Source: Octopus bimaculoides
Lineage: Eukaryota
DNA: 64,000 nt
Direction: 5' to 3'
NCBI RefSeq assembly: GCF_001194135.2
Contig: NC_068990.1
Span: forward strand, 59,173,386 to 59,237,385
Below, in pieces: positions 38,650-51,714 of this stretch (position 1 is the stretch's first letter; every line of letters starts with the position of its first letter). The notes under the pieces are model-generated. The model searched no databases. It saw nothing but the letters and a program-made list of their open reading frames with translations, and was not told the DNA's origin. Position numbers and translations under genes: made by a program.

Positions 38650-39293
38650 TATAAACTATTNNNNNNNNNNNNNNNNNNNNNNNNNNNNNNNNNNNNNNNN
38701 NNNNNNNNNNNNNNNNNNNNNNNNNNNNNNNNNNNNNNNNNNNNNNNNNNNNNNNNNNNNNNNNNNNNNNNNNNNNNNNNNNNNNNNNNNNNNNNNNNNN
38801 NNNNNNNNNNNNNNNNNNNNNNNNNNNNNNNNNNNNNNNNNNNNNNNNNNNNNNNNNNNNNNNNNNNNNNNNNNNNNNNNNNNNNNNNNNNNNNNNNNNN
38901 NNNNNNNNNNNNNNNNNNNNNNNNNNNNNNNNNNNNNNNNNNNNNNNNNNNNNNNNNNNNNNNNNNNNNNNNNNNNNNNNNNNNNNNNNNNNNNNNNNNN
39001 NNNNNNNNNNNNNNNNNNNNNNNNNNNNNNNNNNNNNNNNNNNNNNNNNNNNNNNNNNNNNNNNNNNNNNNNNNNNNNNNNNNNNNNNNNNNNNNNNNNN
39101 NNNNNNNNNNNNNNNNNNNNNNNNNNNNNNNNNNNNNNNNNNNNNNNNNNNNNNNNNNNNNNNNNNNNNNNNNNNNNNNNNNNNNNNNNNNNNNNNNNNN
39201 NNNNNNNNNNNNNNNNNNNNNNNNNNNNNNNNNNNNNNNNNNNNNNNNNNNNNNNNNNNNNNNNNNNNNNNNNNNNNNNNNNNNNNNNNNNNN

Positions 39294-39505
39294 GTTAGCA
39301 CACTGGGTGAAATGCTTAGCGGTATTTCGTCTGCCATTACGTTCTGAGTTCAAATTCCACCGAGGTCGACTTTGCCTTTCATCCTTTCGGGGTCGATTAA
39401 ATAAGTACCAGCTACGCACTGGGTCGATGTAATCAACTTAATCCGTTTGTCTGTCCTTGTTTGTCCCCTCTATGTTTAGCCCCTTGTGGGCAATAAAGGA
39501 ATAAT
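39294..39505 (+). mobile_element. SINE family B, near consensus (5' end in gap)
   Basis: gagttcaaattccaccgaggtcgactttgcctttcatcctttcggggtcg...ccccttgtgggcaataaagg. Confidence 0.9.
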
Positions 39506-39552
39506 AATTATTATTATTGTTGTTATTATTATTATTATTATTTGCAGAATGA

Positions 39553-39593
<41 letters not shown>

Positions 39594-40860
39594 TGTGTGA
39601 ACTATCTGTTTTGAATTCAGCTAACTGGCTCACATACATACATACCTGTCTGTACTCAGAAGTATGTACACACAATCATATATAAGCAGTACAGCCGACA
39701 GAAATAACTCAGGTGGGAGTTGCTGAAGCTTGCAATATGTATTTTGTTTCTGCAGTTTGATGGAGTGTTTATTTCTCTTTAGTTTGATTGAATAAGTTGT
39801 CTGGAAAATTTACCAAGTCTTCTGGGAATGTCTCTTGCAATGTCCTATTCTGGGGAATATCTATATCTCATTAACTCACAGTCTTAGTATAGCTCTGGCT
39901 CTTGTTAGGCCAGACTTTATGAGACATTTTATTGAGTGGAATTTACCATTCAGGTTGTTAAATTTTAAAGATCTTTCTTTAGCTCTATACCAATCATTCT
40001 AGGTCTAAAAGTAATCATCATGGAATTCAAGATTTGTTGCCTATTAAAAAACCATGTTCACTTCTCAAAACCAAAAACCTGATTCTCACTACAGAAGTAA
40101 CTGAAAAATAAATAGAGAAATCCAATTGCATCAAACAGCAATTAATTAACAGTAGCCTCTTAATCTAAGAAAATTGGCTCTGCAATTTTTGCTGAACAAC
40201 CTGCACAGATGATTTCAAGTGAACTATATGAGTAGCTCATAGTGATGATGATGATCAAATGTTTATGCTGCACATAAGTCCGTTCCTGCCATCAAATTGA
40301 TATTGCTTGTACAGGTGCATGGTGTGCCACACATAAGATGTTGAGATGATTGCAGAACAACGTGAGATGAAAGGTTTTGTGCTCAATAACACAATGCACT
40401 GCCCAGTCCAAGAACTGAACCCATGACCTTGCGATCATGAGTGCAACATCCTATCCACTTGGCCATGTTCCCTCATATCAAATAGCAGCATTAACATGAC
40501 AATGACTATACTGATTAAAAGCTTCAAGGCCCTCTGTACAACTGATAAAACCAAAGGTTGGTTGGGGAGTATACATGAAAGCAGTATTTAGAAAAACAAA
40601 ACCTAAAGGTTGTTTGTACACAAAAAAAAAAAAAAAAAAAGAGTGGGACCTCTTGTTGACTGCAGCAGTTGCACTGACTACCAAAAAGGATAGCTATGAG
40701 CTTCTGATATAGTTCACCTGAAATAATAGATGTTTTGTTATCCAGTTGATCAATAAGTGTGGGCAAAGCTGCATGGTTATAGGAATGTCTATACGTATGT
40801 GTATATATATATATGAATGTATATATATGTATGTATATGTATGTATGTATGTATATGTGT

Positions 40861-41090
40861 TATTTCTTTACTACCCACAAGGGGCTACACACAGGGGACA
40901 AACAAGGACAGACAAACGGATGAAGTCGATTATATCGACCCCAGTGCGTAACTGGTACTTATTTAATCGACCCTGTAAGGATGAAAGGCAAAGTCGACCT
41001 TGGCGGAATTTGAACTCGGAACGTAGCGGCAGACGAAATACCGCTAAGCATTTCGCCTGGCGTGCTAACGTTTCTGCCAGCTCGCCACCT
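40861..41090 (-). mobile_element. SINE family B, near consensus
   Basis: Full head and tail. Confidence 0.9.
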
Positions 41091-41098
41091 TTTTGCTT

Positions 41099-41099
<1 letters not shown>

Positions 41100-41136
<37 letters not shown>

Positions 41137-41516
41137 NNNNNNNNNNNNNNNNNNNNNNNNNNNNNNNNNNNNNNNNNNNNNNNNNNNNNNNNNNNNNNNN
41201 NNNNNNNNNNNNNNNNNNNNNTGTATGTGTGTGTATGTATGTATGTGTATGTATGTATGTATGTGTATGTATGTATGTGTATGTATGTATGTGTATGTAT
41301 GTATGTGTATGTATGTATGTGTATATATGTATGTATGTATGTATGTGTATATATATATGTATGCATATATATATATGTGTATGTATGTATACATGTATGT
41401 ATATATGTATGTATGTGTATATATGTATTTGTATATATATGTATGTATGTGTATATATATATATATATTATATATATGTATGTATGTGTATATATGTATT
41501 TGTATATATATGTATG

Positions 41517-41565
<49 letters not shown>

Positions 41566-41585
41566 ATATGTGTAATGTATATGTA
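41100..41585. repeat. Compound (TA)n/(TATG)n/(TG)n microsatellite with gap
   Basis: Seen directly. Confidence 0.95.
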
Positions 41586-41904
41586 AATAAAAAATACACA
41601 TTAAGTGCAGGACATTACCAATAAGAGAACAATACACAATAAGGACAATACATCGAATGAAAACTAAGTAAATGCTTCTTTTGGTATTTTGTCCCCGTAC
41701 TTGTCTCTCATTATTCTTTACTTGTTGTTGATATCCTGTTTTTGTGTATTGTTTGGTATTTCGTCCTGTACTTATCTCTTGTGTGTTTAAGTGTTTTGCG
41801 CTCGTTGATGATGTCCTGTACTTGATGTGTACTTTTATTTATTTATAATCAAACACAGCGCAACCTTGTCCACAGGAAGTTCTTGCATTTATATTATATA
41901 GATA

Positions 41905-42112
41905 TGTATGGTGTACGTGCGGGTGACACGTAAAAGCACCCACTACACTCTCTGAGTGGTTGGCGTTAGGAAGGGCATCCAGCTGTAGAAACTCTGCCAA
42001 ATTAGATTGGAGCCTGGTGTAGCCATCCGGTTGCACCAGTCCTCAGTCAAATCGTCCAACCCATGCTAGCATGGAAAGCGGACGTTAAACGATGATGATG
42101 ATGATGATGATG
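41905..42112 (+). mobile_element. RTE-type 3' UTR tail (family C) ending in (GAT)n
   Basis: cacgtaaaagcacccactacactctctgagtggttggcgttaggaagggcatccagctg...ggacgttaaacgatgatgat. Confidence 0.85.
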
Positions 42113-42582
42113 TATGTATATATATGTGTATAGTACATCACTTAAGCTTAGTACTATAATGTACTTAGATTTTCAATCTCTCAGGATTATATTTTAATTC
42201 AGAATACTAAGTCATCCAATTGATATAATAACGAAGTTATCTTCTTAACTGAGATGTGTTCTCATTAGTTGCTTTTATGAACATTAAATATTCACTGTTT
42301 CGTTTGACAATTATTTCAGAAATGACAGATTTAATATATCATTGGACTTATAGCTCTTAAGCCTGCCCAACTCTAATTGTCTAAAACTGTCTGACTAATT
42401 AAGATCTTGTTAACTATTCATGTACGATGTCCTGTAATTTACTATTAAGAAAAGAGATCTTAATGAAAAATTAGAATCTAAATAATTGCTTAATTAAAGT
42501 TAGGAATACATAGCTGTGAGAGTAAAAATATGGGAAGTTGTATCATTCGTGACTTTCCCAAAGGTTCTGTCTTCACCTAGTG

Positions 42583-42665
42583 CAGTGATTCTCAACTACG
42601 GTCCATATGACCATTGGGTGTCGATAGAAGATTTTGTTAAAACTTCATGTGCATTAAATTGTTTA
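42583..42665. mobile_element. hAT MITE left end, interrupted by the Penelope-like element
   Basis: Begins CAGTGATTCTCAAC; homologous to 5680-5760. Confidence 0.6.
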
Positions 42666-43560
42666 TATTATTTACATTATTTACATTCAACGGATATTTG
42701 TCCTCATCTTGTTTGTTGTTAACACAACGTTTTGGCTGATATACCCTCCAGCCTTCTTGGGGAAATTTCGGACCTGAGTTCTCATTCCTAAGGTATTTTT
42801 CGATGTTATTCTTCTTCTTATTATTGTTGTTTAGGTCACTGCTTGGAATCGAACTCAGAATCTTGGGGTTTGGAGCCTGCACGCTTAACCACTACACCAT
42901 ATGCCCATAGGCAATTATGGAGTGAATTTTAGGGCTTATAAATCTAATATTTTTCTATCCTTTCTTAATACCGGTTCCCATATGCTGCTCATATCTGCAC
43001 TTGGTCTGCTTAGGAGGTTGTTGTGTCCTAGCATATGTGCTGCTTCTTTTAGTTTTCGTATTTTCCAGTGATGTTGTCTATTATTTTAAGTCCACACCAC
43101 TTGGGGAGGCGGTCTCCATTTTTCCATACGCGATCAGCTATACCTGATTTATCAATATCTCCTTGTGCCACAGCTTTGTGATGTTCGTCTACACTTATTT
43201 TGAGGGGACAGCATGTTTCACCTTTGTATAACCTACCACAGCTGCATGGGATGGAGTACAAGCAGTCTTTGGTCATATTCTCTTCTATTGGTGGTTTTAC
43301 TCAAAGGAGATATTTGCGAAGTGTTGTATTACTCTTGAATACTGCCCTGATGTCATATGGACTGCATATCTTTTGTATCTTTTTGGAGAGGCCTTTCACA
43401 TAGGGTAGACAGACTGTGGACAGTTTATTGGCCTCATCCTCTCTCTTCTTCATAATTGGAGTGGATAGTATACTTTTGGGATAGTTGTTGCTTAACAGAT
43501 CGTTATTGAGCTTGATTTTTATTATAGGCTTTTTTAGTGTATTTACTTTTTTAATTTTTC
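42666..43560 (-). mobile_element. Penelope-like element 3' fragment: RT thumb, GIY-YIG endonuclease (stop at 42936), tRNA-like cassette and inactivated hammerhead
   Basis: Translates NYPKSIL..VCLPYVKGLSKKIQKICSPYDIRAVFKS..DCLYSIPCSCGRLYKGET..PLKISVDEH..KSGIADRVW..HWKIRKLKEAAHM. Confidence 0.9.
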
Positions 43561-43619
43561 TATATGTGATTGTGGATTTTCATGGATGAATTCAATAATT
43601 GTGGGTTTTTTCTCTAAAT

Positions 43620-43677
43620 TATATATTTATATATGTATGTGTATATATATATATGTATGTGTATATGTATGTGTATA

Positions 43678-43709
<32 letters not shown>

Positions 43710-43770
43710 GATATATATATATATATATATGTGTGTATATATATATGTATATATATATATATATATGTGT
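43620..43770. repeat. (TA)n/(TG)n microsatellite
   Basis: Seen directly. Confidence 0.95.
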
Positions 43771-44964
43771 ACACAGACAGTTATTCAATTACAGCCAAAC
43801 TGTGTATTTGCCAGTTGTATAGGCTTTAATAGTAGTTTAGTTTCCTTGGTTCTACAACCCTGTGTAAGTAGTGATAAATGGAAAAGTGATATAAGCATTT
43901 ATAACATTATTGAGAATTGCTAATAGGTAATAATTTACATATAGTAAGTCAATTTATTAAATCAATACTTATGCTGTGCATTTCTAGCATTTTGTGAAAA
44001 TATGTCTCAGAGTTTATTACTGTGTTATTGATATGGTATTTCTATATGAGGAATAAAAATCTGTTAATGTGACATGAATCTTTTAGCAAAATAGAATTAA
44101 CTGGAGAATGACATAATCTATTGAGTCATATGAGTGAGATTATAATTTCAAAGCTCTGATTTTATGGATGTTGGTAAACTTAGTGAACCAAATGTATTAG
44201 TTATGGTTGCATTATTGATTTCTTTTCTTGGAATAGAATCAGGAAATGCATTTGGATGATTAAAAAGCCAGTATATTACTGGTATTTATTGGAAATGGAA
44301 AGTGAAATCAACTTGGTAAGATTTTTAGATTCAAATCAAGAGAACTGAAGTTAAATAATGCAAGGAATTTTAATCTGATGTTTCACATTATCTGAATGTC
44401 TTCACAACACATTTTAACGTGTGGTCTAAAGTCTCCTTTGGTTTTACTCCGGAATCTTGCATACCATTGTATAATAGATGTTGTGAATTCACTCATGGAA
44501 ATAATATAAGAAATGAACTTTAAAAATAACGGTGGGATTTTATTCCTCTGTTAAGTAGTACAGTGAACCAAGTAAAATTATTACAAATTCTGATCATTTG
44601 GATAATTCAGCTCGGATCATCATTGGTTACATATGCTCCATTATGTTAATTTTGATTTGGTGAATAATGGTAGGACAACATGACTCACCTTCAGGAAAAT
44701 CACTCACCCACTGGACTTGATAATTTCTTACATGAATTTGTAGAAAAAATAGTAGGCTCTAGAGCTCGTACTGATTAGTTGTTTGAGAATGTATTATGCG
44801 CAACATGATTGCCTCTTCAATCCAAATCCTGCACAATACTCAACCAATGAAAACACAGGACTCAATGTTCAAAACAAACATGATAGGTAAAGTGACCAAT
44901 CAGTACAGATTAACACGCCGTGCCTATATCAGTTTGATGTATTCAATATACCATAATCGAAAGA

Positions 44965-45507
44965 CTGAGACCTCTGGAGATATGCTGTGATAAGACCCGG
45001 CAAGTAAAGTGTGATCACAGCTGTAGCCTACACCAGTGTCACATGACCAGCTCATTTGAAAAGTACCTTTGGACGACATTCTGTGCTTGAGGTGACCTAC
45101 TGAGTCAAATAAATTCAAAAATCAAAATCACAATCAAATGGAATTGTAGTTGTGGCCGATGCCATTGCTGCCTGACTGGCTCCTGTGCTGGTGGAATGCA
45201 ATAAGCACCATGTATGCGTGGGTCGTTGCCAGTGCCACCTGACTGGCTCTCCATACCGGTAGCACAAAAAAAGCACCATCCAAACATGGCCGATGCCAGT
45301 GCTGCCTGACTGGCTCCCGTGCTGGTGGCACGTAAAAAGCACCCACTACACTCTCGGAGTGGTTGGCCTTAGGAAGGGCATCCAGCTGTAGAAACACTGC
45401 CAGATCAGATTGGAGCCTGGTGCTGCATCCTGGCTTGCCAGTCCCCAGTCAAACCATTCAACCCATGCCAGCATGGAAAACGGATGTTAAATGATGATGA
45501 TGATGCT
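44965..45507 (+). mobile_element. RTE LINE 3' end: ORF end, 3' UTR with three tandem ~60-nt units, (GAT)n tail
   Basis: D*DLWRYAV...KTRQVK followed by units ggccgatgccagtgctgcctgactggctcccgtgctggtggcacgtaaaaagcacc. Confidence 0.75.
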
Positions 45508-46379
45508 GAAATTGGTCTCGCTACACCTCTAAATATCCTTCCCACCTGTCACAAGGATGTGGCTTATTTTCTGTTACTGGCTTTGTACTGTTGCCACAGC
45601 TGAGAGATGGTGTAGTCCATATAGGTACTGTAAGATAGGTACAGCTCATTGTTGTTACTGTTGTTTAGCCCCCAAGTTGTCCCTGATCTACAGACCTGTA
45701 CCCACAGGCATTCTGACTATCTCATCCTTTTTTCAGGCAAATGCATTTTTTAAGATAGCAGAAAATGTTTTGAGGGAGAGGTAGGTTCTATTTCTAAGTA
45801 AACAAAGTGACAACATAGCACCAGTGGCTGCACTTTACAATTAAAGAAGACCTCATCTCTGCAAATGTGGGACATAAGTATTACCCCATCCTCTCTTTGC
45901 TTTCGTATATTTTATTACCACCACCACCACCACCACCACCACCACCACACTGTTTATTTAATATGAGTTAATGACATTCTAAATGTTGTAAGGTTAGAAA
46001 ACAAATTAATGTTTGAAAATAGATTCTTGATTATGTGTCCTATTTTTCCTTAGAGACGTCTTAGGTTAAAATTTAATAAGACAATATGTCAAGTAAAACC
46101 TTATCAGTTTTAGATCTGCAACTTTGACTAAGTTAATTGGCCAACATGCTATCAGCTGAAAAGTTAGATATTGGTAACCCACTATTCATATTAATTGCTG
46201 GTATGGACACTGTGTTTCATTTTGCAACTATAATATACTATCATGTATATATCAAGTTTATAAGTTGATACTATGTCTATTATTATGTTAGCAGTGCATT
46301 GTTTTCATTTTAAGTGTATTACTTTAGATTTCCTATAGAATTTAGAACCAGCACCAAAAGTTACAACATTTTGCATATT

Positions 46380-46565
46380 ACTCTTACTCTTTTCAGTCAT
46401 TTGACTGTGGCCATGCTGGAGCACCGCCTTTAGTCGAGCAAATCGACCCCAGGACTTATTCTTTGGAAGCCTAGTACTTATTCTATCAGTCTCTTTTGCC
46501 GAACCGCTAAGTTATGGTGATGTAAACACACCACCATCGGTTGTCAAGCGATGGTGGGGGGACAA

Positions 46566-46642
<77 letters not shown>

Positions 46643-46793
46643 CGATGGGCTTCTTTCAGTTTCTGTCTACCAAATCCACTTACAAGGCTTTGGTCAGCCC
46701 TAGGCTATAGTAGAAGACACTTGCATGCAGCGGGACTGAACCTGGAACCATGTGGTTGGTAAGCAAGCTACTTACCACACAGCCACTCCTGCA
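46380..46793 (-). mobile_element. SINE family A, near consensus
   Basis: Full head and tail with long central (TA)n. Confidence 0.9.
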
Positions 46794-47697
46794 CCTATGA
46801 ATACATCTTTGTAAAAAAAATGCAATTGAAGAGCGTGAAACAGGTAATGGGTGTATATGCATATTTCAGGAGTTATTGCTCCTTCTTCAGTGCCATATCA
46901 AACATCAATTGCATTGTTTACAGAAGCATATTCATAAACAAAATGTAATTTTCTATGCTGGCACTAAGTCCTGTACAAAATCTGTAGAGATACATTTAAA
47001 ACCAATATTTATAATGTCTTCATAGGTTAGGGATTTCACCCTCAACTGACTTAAGTAGTAGGTGGAGCTTTCTAGGTCAAACCTTCCTATAGACATGGTT
47101 GTGAGAACCAATATGCTATCCCAGTGTATACTCTCCTAAATCACATGTAGGTGGAATCCTCATCAATTTAGTGCCCATTTTTCCGGGTTTGTATGGATTA
47201 GATGTTTATTGAGGCAAATTTTCTATAACTGGATGTTCTTCCTGTTGCCAGCACTCACTTTTTCCCAAACTATCTATCTATCTTTGTGTGTGTTCGTGTG
47301 TCTGTCTGTCTGTTGATCTATGTATGTATCTAGCTATCCACCCACTCAATGCACATACACACATGATGGCCTTCTTTTCAGTTTCCACTCCTCACAAGAC
47401 TTTGGTTGGCCGTTGGGTATAGTAGATGACACTTATGTAAGTTACCATGCAGTGGGATCGAAATCAAAGCTATGTGGTTGGAAAGCAAACTTCTTATCAC
47501 ACACCTGCCCCTATCAGTGATATAATCAAATGAGTTTTAGAATGTTACACACTTAATCAGTTAGGGAACAAGAAGCAGAAGATTAAAGAGGATATAGTGG
47601 ATCAAATCTCACTGATCTACTGAGCCAGTGCATTCCTTTCTTGCTTAGATTAATGCCATGAATTATTTGGTTCCTTTTGATATTGGTTCTCTATTAA

Positions 47698-47990
47698 TCA
47701 TCATCATCATCATCATCATCGTTTAACGTCCGCTTTCCATGCTAGCATGGGTTGAACGATTTAACTGAAGACTGGTGAACCAGATGGCTACACCAGGCAC
47801 CAATCTGATCTGGCAGAGTTTCTACAGCTGGATGCCCTTCCTAACGTCAACCACTCCGAGAGTGTAGTGGGTGCTTTTATGTGCCACCGGCACGAAGGCC
47901 AGTCAGGAGGTACTGGCAACGGCCACACACGAAATGGTGTATTTTACGTGCCACCTGCACAGAAGCCAGTCCAGCAGTACTGGCAACGAA
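47698..47990 (-). mobile_element. RTE-type 3' UTR tail (family C)
   Basis: Reverse complement of the 41905 and 45300 tails. Confidence 0.85.
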
Positions 47991-48347
47991 CTTGCTTGAA
48001 TTTTTTTTCCCGTGCCAGAAAGACGACTTCCACTGTCACAAGTGCCACTCACAGTTCAATCATTTCAAATCAGTGACTTGGTTTGTTTACCGCAGTTTTT
48101 TTTCTTTCTTTTTTTTGTTTTACATTGTCGAAAAGTCATTTTAGATATCTAAAAATCTACAAAATCTTTTATATTTATTTTATATTATTTTCAAGGAAAT
48201 AAATGGAAAGCAAATGTTTCTTTTTCTTTTTCTCCCAACTAAAGTGGCTTTTCCATGATATAATTGCTTCAGTTTTAACACAAGGCATCATATCAAATCA
48301 CTTCATAGGCAAGTACAACTCATGATACATAAAAGATAAGAGATATA

Positions 48348-48544
48348 TATCTTTTATCTGTTTTAGTCATCAGACTGTGACCATGCTGGGGCAACATCTT
48401 GAATTATTTTAGCTGAATGAATCGCCTCCAGTACTTTTTTTAAGTCTGGTATTTATTCTATTTGTTTCTTTTGCTGAACTGCTAAGTTACGAGGACATAA
48501 ATACAACCATCAGCTGTCAAGTGGTGGTGATGGGGGACATACAA

Positions 48545-48601
<57 letters not shown>

Positions 48602-48756
48602 ACAGGCTTCTTTCAGTTTCCACCTACAAATCCACTCAAGGCTTTGGTTGGTCCAAGGCTATAGTAGAAGACACTTACCCAAGGTGCCATGCAGTGGGAC
48701 TGAACCTGAAACCATGTGGTTGGGAAGCAAATGTCTTACCACACAGCTATGCCTGT
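48348..48756 (-). mobile_element. SINE family A, upstream of the SLCO exon
   Basis: Head, (CA)n and tail. Confidence 0.85.
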
Positions 48757-48779
48757 GCATATATATGTATATTTACTAT

Positions 48780-48902
48780 AGTCCAAGATGTTATCGTGAA
48801 GCGCATCTGCATATTCCAGTAATCGAATGTATAGTTGTAGTTTCATTTTAAATGAGAAAATCATAAATATAAGTTGAGATTCTTGGTGATAACGTATGCA
48901 AA
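48780..48902 (+). other. Candidate upstream non-coding exon (5' boundary unknown)
   Basis: Consensus donor CAAA|GTAAGT at 48903, 556 nt upstream of the SLCO acceptor, in non-repeat sequence with several CpGs. Confidence 0.3.
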
Positions 48903-49458
48903 GTAAGTATTGAAACAAAGTCTGGCATATGTGCTACCATTGAAATGGTAGCACATTTTGTTTGTGTGTGTGTATGCAAAGAGAGATTTATGTATTTATC
49001 TGATTCATGCTACCATAATAAAATGAATGTTATATACATGTGTATGTAGATGTATGCATACTGGTATAAGTATATGTATTGGCTGTTGATTTTCTCCTTA
49101 TTCCCAAAATATCTAAACAACAGCAATGTTTTTCATTCTCAGCCATGTCTCTCAATTATTTTGTCCCATCTCTTGTGCATTGCACAGTCTTTCAATCACT
49201 GCTCAGTCTTACTTTCAACTCTCATTTTTACTTGTCTATTAGCTCTCTGATAACTGCTACAAGTTTTATGGTTGTCTTGTAATGATTAACAGCTATATGA
49301 TATGCAAATTAATAAACAATTTGTCTATGTACTGGCACAGAAATTACTTCTGATTTGTGTTGACTAATCCCCTACTGAAGATGTTTTAATTTAACATATT
49401 TTGACATGTGGTAAATAGTGAATTTCTGAAATCCATATTTCTGTTTCTCTAATTTCAG

Positions 49459-49577
49459 GTGTGTTGCTGTGGTCAGAATGTCAAAAGAAGTCCTTTGGAA
49501 TATATCAACAGTCTTTGCCAGCAGCTGTCATTTTTGTTGAATACCCCTTAACATCTCTGTGATGTGCTCTGCTCAAT
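49459..49577 (+). other. 5' UTR part of the SLCO exon, after the splice acceptor
   Basis: Acceptor ctgtttctctaatttcag|GT, with the AG ending at 49458. Confidence 0.75.
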
Positions 49578-50490
49578 ATGAGTGACAACTATGATTGCAT
49601 GGAAGTATCCATGTCTGCATCATCTAATACCACTTTGGAGTACTGTGATGATCTCTATGATGAGGCCGGGACCAACTCAGCTGTACTGTATGCCATGTCG
49701 GCTGCTGACAGCACAGCACAGAATCAGGAGACTTGCAAAAAGAAGAATCCTCAGAAAAGATCCTTGTCAAAAGGAATGAAACTGTTATCTCCCTCTAGCC
49801 TTGATACCTCAACCAGTGGATACTCCATTAGTAGCAATGTACCATTTCTTAAAGGTCGGACTGAGAAAGATGAATATGTACGTTGTGCTGTGAATGCAGC
49901 CAATATTGGTGAAGATGATGAGAGAGAATGTGGTTTGGGAGGATTTCGGCCCGAATGCCTCAATGTTTGTGCAAATATTAGATCTTTTGTTTTCTTTATG
50001 TGCCTATTGTTAGTTGTTACTGGCTCTTTATCGACAGGTTATTTGAACAGTGTTATAACAACTATTGAGAAACGATTTGAAATTGGAAGTTCAATTTCAG
50101 GACTAATTGCTGCTTCTTATGAATTCGGGTCTCTTGTGGCAGTGATTTTTGTCAGCTACCTTGGCAGTCGAAGACACATTCCAAAATGGATTGGTGTTGG
50201 AGTTGTGTTCATGGGATTTGGAGCTATTTTTTTCTCAATGCCTCATATCATAGCTGAAAAATATACTTTAAAAGACAAGATCATTAACAGTACCAAAGAA
50301 AACATCTGCCGATCAGTTGCAGGTGGAGCTGGTAACCGCTGTATTGATAAAAATTCTGGGAACTGGAAATATGTCTTAATATTAATAATATCGCAAGTGC
50401 TCATTGGTACTGGAGGAACACCAATACTTACTCTTGGAACTACATATGTTGATGATCACGTGACCAAAGAAAAAGCTCCATTATATCTCG
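49578..50490 (+). CDS. SLCO5A1-like: SLCO/OATP solute carrier organic anion transporter (Oatp30B/SLCO5A1-like), first coding exon (partial CDS)
   Basis: The translation has OATP family motifs: CGLGGFRPECL, GYLNSVITTIEKRFEI, ASYEFG..VIFVSYLG..RHIPKWIG, FSMPH, and SQVLIGTGGTPILTLGTTYVDDHV..KAPLYLG. An in-frame TGA at 49560 lies upstream of ATG 49578. The donor is CTCG|GTAAGC at 50490/50491 (phase 1). The predicted ORF tail KLSYSTLILFYMF is intron read-through. The family call is firm; the orthologue call is less so. Confidence 0.95.
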
Positions 50491-51004
50491 GTAAGCTTTC
50501 ATATTCTACTTTGATTTTATTCTACATGTTTTGAGTAGGCATTTGAAAAATAAAAGTTTCCTTTTTATTACTATTTTTCAATAAGGTATGTAAATTATTA
50601 TTTAAGAAAAATATTTAATATTATGTTTTAATCAGACATATCTAAAAATTCTTATTGTTCATAATATCATGGGTCTTTTAAATTTTGCTTTTCTGTTCTT
50701 CAACCTCAAAAAGATGGGTCAATAAGCCAAAAATTTTCTAGAGTAAATAGGCCTCACAATCTGATCTAGTATTCTGATGCGATTGCAAAGACACTTAATT
50801 GAAATTGAAACCATAGTTTCAATGGCTGGATGTCCTTCCTAACACCAACTACTTTTCAGTGAACTGGGTGTTTTCTATGTGGTGTCAATACCAGTGTCTT
50901 TTATGTGGCACAAGCATGTTTACACCACTAGTGCTGCTTTTAATTTGTTATTGAATATATATATATATATATATTGAATATATATATATGTATGTATCTA
51001 TCTA

Positions 51005-51212
51005 TCTGTGTTTGATCCTCCATCACTGCTTGACAACCAGTGTTGGTGTATTTACGTCCTTGTATAGCGGTTCAACAAAGGAGACCAATGGAAGAAGCAC
51101 CAGTCTGAAAAAAAACCAAAGTACTGGGGTTGATTCATTCAACTAATAATTCTTAAAAGTGGTGCCCCAGCATGGCCACAGTCGAATGACTGAAACCGGT
51201 AAAAGATAAAAG
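51005..51212 (+). mobile_element. SINE family A tail, downstream of the SLCO exon
   Basis: gcttgacaaccagtgttggtg...gccccagcatggccacagtcgaatgactgaaac. Confidence 0.85.
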
Positions 51213-51440
51213 AAATTATTTTTATGCATTTATTATTTTTTTTCTTTTGCTTCAACTGTAAGCTACTTATAGCTTCTGTTTCATTGTGGATGGGTCTCTT
51301 CAGTATAGTGTAATGAAAAAATGGACATCAGTATCTATTAGTTATATTGCAGAGGCTGGAGAGATAGAAAAGCTATATAATCAAAACATTTCACTGGAAG
51401 GAAGTCATTGTTGACCATGTTGTTCATAGTTCATTAATTG

Positions 51441-51473
<33 letters not shown>

Positions 51474-51714
51474 AGAGAAAGAAAGAGAAGTCAGTAGAAA
51501 CTTATTGAAATATTCAGAATAGTCCCACTTTCCCTGATACAGTTATTTTTGCAATAATAACTGCAGCTATATCAGAGATCTTCTGCACTTGACCCATTAT
51601 GAGGAGAGAATGTTTATTAGAAAGACTTGTATTATATTAACACTAAGAGGGATGGCTAGAATGCAGGAATGGCTTTGTAGTGGACAGATATAGCTATACA
51701 GTTGAGTTTATTCC

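Noticed and set aside
42834-42906. tRNA gene (also the SINE heads, e.g. 23985-24057)
   Set aside because: A and B boxes are present but there is no paired acceptor stem, and each is embedded in a retroelement.
45130-45340. CRISPR-like repeat array
   Set aside because: Eukaryotic context; the units are degenerate tandem repeats without unique spacers, inside an RTE 3' UTR.
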